Origin: Desulfobacterales bacterium
Lineage (GTDB): Bacteria; Desulfobacterota; Desulfobacteria; Desulfobacterales; UBA2174
NCBI GenBank assembly: GCA_963668645.2
Contig: CAXXWC010000001.1
Span: 160,001 to 224,000 of the forward strand
Reading direction: 5' to 3'
Length of the DNA: 64,000 bases
Shown: one piece after another, positions 61,057 through 64,000 of the stretch
How the letters are laid out: each line of letters starts with the position of its first letter
Position numbering within the stretch: position 1 is the stretch's first letter
Notes under the pieces: model-generated
The model's input: the letters and a program-made list of their open reading frames with translations, nothing else
The model's database searches: none
Told to the model about the DNA's origin: nothing
Program-made: the position numbers and the translations under genes

Positions 61057-61783
61057 AAATGGCGTCTTGTACGGCCTGGGCGTCGGGCCGGGCGATCCGG
61101 AGCTGCTCAGCCTGAAGGCGGCCCGGGTACTCAACAGCGTCGATGTGGTCTATGCGGCGGCATCGAGCAAAAACAGCTACAGCCTGGCGGTGAGCATCGC
61201 CAAGGCCCACATTCCGGACCTGACACCGATCCACATGCTCAAGTTTCCCATGACGGCCGATGAAAAGGAACGCCAGGCCGCCTGGACCGACAATGCACGC
61301 AATGTCATCGATCAGGTCGAAGCGGGTCGCAAAGTGGCCTTCATCACCCTGGGCGACAGCATGACCTACTCGACCTACGGCTATCTGCTGCGCGAAGTCC
61401 AGCGGCTGGCTCCCCACCTGCCGGTGATCAGCATTCCGGGCATCACCAGCTACCAGGCCGCGGCCGCCGCCCTCAACACCCCCCTGGTGGAAGCCGAAGA
61501 ATCGCTGCTGGTTCTCTCCGGGACCGCCGGCGGGGACCATCTGCGACGCTGCGCGGTGGACCCGGACACGGTGGTCTTTCTCAAGGCCTACCGCAATGTG
61601 GACGACATCGTAGCGGCCCTGGACGAGGCAGGCCGGATAGAGACCAGCGCCGGGGTGACCCGTTGCAGCCTGCCGGACCAGCAGGTGACCCGGGACGTGC
61701 GCGAGTTTATCGAGCGGCGCGCCTCTTACTGGACCCTGATTCTGTCCAAAAAACCCGCTTCCCATGAACCGCCCCAGGACTGA
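61043..61783 (+). CDS. cobI: Precorrin-2/cobalt-factor II C20 methyltransferase (CobI/CbiL)
   Basis: LYGLGVGPGDPELL, FPMT, FITLGD..YSTY, IPGITS; AGGAGA RBS. Confidence 0.92.
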   Translation: MGTDKNGVLYGLGVGPGDPELLSLKAARVLNSVDVVYAAASSKNSYSLAVSIAKAHIPDLTPIHMLKFPMTADEKERQAAWTDNARNVIDQVEAGRKVAFITLGDSMTYSTYGYLLREVQRLAPHLPVISIPGITSYQAAAAALNTPLVEAEESLLVLSGTAGGDHLRRCAVDPDTVVFLKAYRNVDDIVAALDEAGRIETSAGVTRCSLPDQQVTRDVREFIERRASYWTLILSKKPASHEPPQD

Positions 61784-62822
61784 CCGGTCCCGGCGCGCGG
61801 CGGCCGTCAGTCTGGCCGCTTCCATGCTCCTGCTGGCGGCGGGTCATGCCATGATCCCGGAGCTGACGGCGGCCGAGACGGCCCGCCGCCTGCTCTGGCC
61901 CCTGGCCCGGCTCATGGTGGTGATCGCCGCCGGCCTGCTGGCGGGCCAGGTGATCGAAGCCAGCGGCTGGGTTCACCGGCTGGCCGTGGCGGCGCGCCCC
62001 CTGTTTCGCTTCGGCCGCCTGGGAGACTATTGCGGTGCAGCCTTTACCACCGCTTTTTTTTCCGGTACGGCGGCCAACGCCATGCTGCTCGAATTTTACC
62101 GCCAGGGGCATATCGACCGGTGCCGCCTTTTTTTGACCAACCTGCTGTCCCAGTTTCCGGCCTATTTTCTCCACCTGCCCACCACCCTTTTCATCGTCCT
62201 CTCACTCACCGGAAGGGCCGGGATTCTCTACTTCGTGCTGACTTTCAGCGCCCTGGTGCTGCGCTGTGCCGCGCTGCTGGCCTACGGCCGGGTCTTTCTG
62301 CCGGCTGCGCCGCAAGGCGACCCGCCCGCCAGGGCGCAAAAAGGGTCCCGCTCCGAAAAAAAGGACTGGCCCCGGATCCGGGCCGAGGTGGCCCGGCGCC
62401 TGCCCGGGCGTCTGACCACGGTGGCGGTATGGGTGGTGCCGATCTACATCGCGGTCTTCCTGCTCAATCGTCTGGGGCTTTTCCGGGCGGCCGAGGATCT
62501 GCTCACCGGCACCCTCATGACCCGCCTGGTGCCGGTGGAGTCCCTCTCCATGGTGGTGCTCGGATTCGTAGCCGAATTCACCTCGGGCTTTGCCGCCGCC
62601 GGGGCTCTGATGGAGGCCGGGGTGCTGAGCCTCAAGCAGACCACCCTGGCCCTGCTCATCGGCAACGTGGTCGCCTTTCCCATCCGCGCCCTGCGCCACC
62701 AGTTGCCCCACTACATGGGCATCTTCACCCCCCGTCTGGGCGCTGCCCTGCTCCTGGCGGGCCAGGCCTGCCGGATCACGAGCCTGATTCTGATCGCGGC
62801 CCTGTACGCCCTGCTGGGCTAG
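61764..62822 (+). CDS. Membrane protein with nucleoside-recognition (Gate)-like domains
   Basis: Polytopic; PLFRFGRL, AFFSGTAANAML, HLPT, LRHQLP.YMGIF. Confidence 0.75.
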   Translation: MNRPRTDRSRRAAAVSLAASMLLLAAGHAMIPELTAAETARRLLWPLARLMVVIAAGLLAGQVIEASGWVHRLAVAARPLFRFGRLGDYCGAAFTTAFFSGTAANAMLLEFYRQGHIDRCRLFLTNLLSQFPAYFLHLPTTLFIVLSLTGRAGILYFVLTFSALVLRCAALLAYGRVFLPAAPQGDPPARAQKGSRSEKKDWPRIRAEVARRLPGRLTTVAVWVVPIYIAVFLLNRLGLFRAAEDLLTGTLMTRLVPVESLSMVVLGFVAEFTSGFAAAGALMEAGVLSLKQTTLALLIGNVVAFPIRALRHQLPHYMGIFTPRLGAALLLAGQACRITSLILIAALYALLG

Positions 62823-64000
62823 CGCATCGATGCCAGGGCTTCTGCGATGTGCAGCACCTTCAGCGAGATTCCGGCCTTCCGGGCGCCACCGCGAAGCTGC
62901 ATGACGCAGCCGGGACACTCGGTGACCAGGATCCCGGCACCGGTCTTGCAGGCATCGGCCAGCTTGAGTTCCAGAATCTGCGAGGAGATGCGGGGAAACT
63001 TGCTCGAATAGGTGCCGCCGAAGCCGCAGCAGGTCTCCTCTTCGGCGGCCGGAACGAATTGCATGCCGGCTGTGCGGATCAACGCCTTGGGGGCCTGGTG
63101 CTCGTCCAGGCCGCGGCACAGGTGGCAGGGGGCGTGGTAGGTGGTCTTGAGCGGATCGCCGGAGCCGAAATGGTCCGGGCCGATCTTGACCACTTCGCTC
63201 AAAAAGCGGCTGAAGGGGATCACCCGGGCGCCGAAGGCCTCGCTGCGCCGCTTCAGTTCAGGCATGCCGTCAAAGAGTTTCGTATAGCCGTGGGTCAGAT
63301 GCGAGGCGCACGAGGCGCACAGGGTGACGATATAATCGCAGGGCACGGCCTCCATGGCGTCCATGTTCTGCAGCGCCACCCGGCGGGCCGCCTCGCGCTC
63401 GCCCATCATCTGCACCGGAAGGCCGCAGCAGCTCTGGGCCATGGGGAATTCTACCGCCACTGCAAGCCCTTCCATGGCCTTTAAGCCCGCCTCAAGTTGT
63501 TCCGGATAGACGAAATCCTGGACGCAGCCGGAAAAGAGAGCCACGTGCCAGCGCGGCCGTTCCACCCGGGGCCGCAGGCCCGGCCAGCGATCCCGGAACG
63601 GCACCTCGGCGATGGCCGGCAGGGCCCGGAAGTTGTGCTCCCTGGCAAAGATCATCGGCAGGTGCCGCAGGTAGGGACCGCCGCCGGTAACCGGCTTCTG
63701 GGCCACCTTGGCGGCCCGCAACAGGCGGTGGAACAGACCCCGGTTGGCCAGAACCTTGCCGAGCAGCGTGCTTTCCAGCCCGTGGCCGGTTTCGTCCTGG
63801 ATCCGGGCGTGGATCTCCTTGATCAGGTAGGGCAGGTCGATGCCCGCGGCGCAGACCGCCTTGCAGGCCCCGCAGTTGATGCAGTTTTGCACCAGGTTGC
63901 GGGCCCTGTCCCGGCCGTGAAAAAAGTAGGTCAGGATCAGCCCAATGGCACCGATGTAGATGTGTCCGTAGCGGTGGCCACCCACCATGCGGTAGACCGG
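62819..64000 (-). CDS. LutB/LldF Fe-S + CCG-domain lactate dehydrogenase large subunit (LldH-like), 3' part only
   Basis: PVYRMVGGHRYGHIYIG, CINCGACKAVC, QSCCGLP, YHAPCHL, CCGFGGTYS, ECPGC; frame open to window end. Confidence 0.85.
   Translation of the reverse strand, partial: PVYRMVGGHRYGHIYIGAIGLILTYFFHGRDRARNLVQNCINCGACKAVCAAGIDLPYLIKEIHARIQDETGHGLESTLLGKVLANRGLFHRLLRAAKVAQKPVTGGGPYLRHLPMIFAREHNFRALPAIAEVPFRDRWPGLRPRVERPRWHVALFSGCVQDFVYPEQLEAGLKAMEGLAVAVEFPMAQSCCGLPVQMMGEREAARRVALQNMDAMEAVPCDYIVTLCASCASHLTHGYTKLFDGMPELKRRSEAFGARVIPFSRFLSEVVKIGPDHFGSGDPLKTTYHAPCHLCRGLDEHQAPKALIRTAGMQFVPAAEEETCCGFGGTYSSKFPRISSQILELKLADACKTGAGILVTECPGCVMQLRGGARKAGISLKVLHIAEALASMR

Overview
High-GC bacterial chromosomal window; gene content (UpxY-like factor, RicT, CbiK(P)/CbiK(C), LldH-like protein, dockerin-tailed secreted proteins) points to a Desulfobacterota (Desulfobacterales-like) sulfate reducer (inference). 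1-31.2 kb is core DNA: Fe-S protein and glgP; on the minus strand surE, tmk, a cysteine synthase::CysRS-like fusion, ferredoxin, plsC, rnj, ftsK; on the plus strand lptD, UpxY-like antiterminator, IHF/HU, holB, ricT, metG, a frameshifted PBP, kdnA, kdnB and a 1245-aa GlmS-like protein. ~31.2-46.4 kb is an accessory patchwork between convergent glmS-like and mutL: a sigma54 activator with a -24/-12 promoter driving an RND operon whose permease is fused in frame to a TolC-like domain and interrupted by a 1922-bp ISAs1-family element (10-bp TSD, DUF4338-transposase, A_AAA_AAG -1 frameshift), a tRNA 3' fragment, a CBS protein, transposon remnants and two dockerin-tailed secreted proteins. 46.5-64 kb is core again: argS-SPOR-gatC-gatA-mutL, an ECF Co/Ni operon with an embedded cobaltochelatase, a cobalamin-riboswitch operon (periplasmic CbiK, ABC transporter, cobI) and a partial LUD/CCG lactate dehydrogenase subunit. 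Best candidate for an undescribed system: an intact PLP cysteine synthase fused to a CysRS paralog that has lost its ATP-binding motifs (HIGH->HLGE, KMSKS absent) but kept three Zn ligands and the anticodon-binding domain. All family calls are from motif recognition by eye, not database searches.
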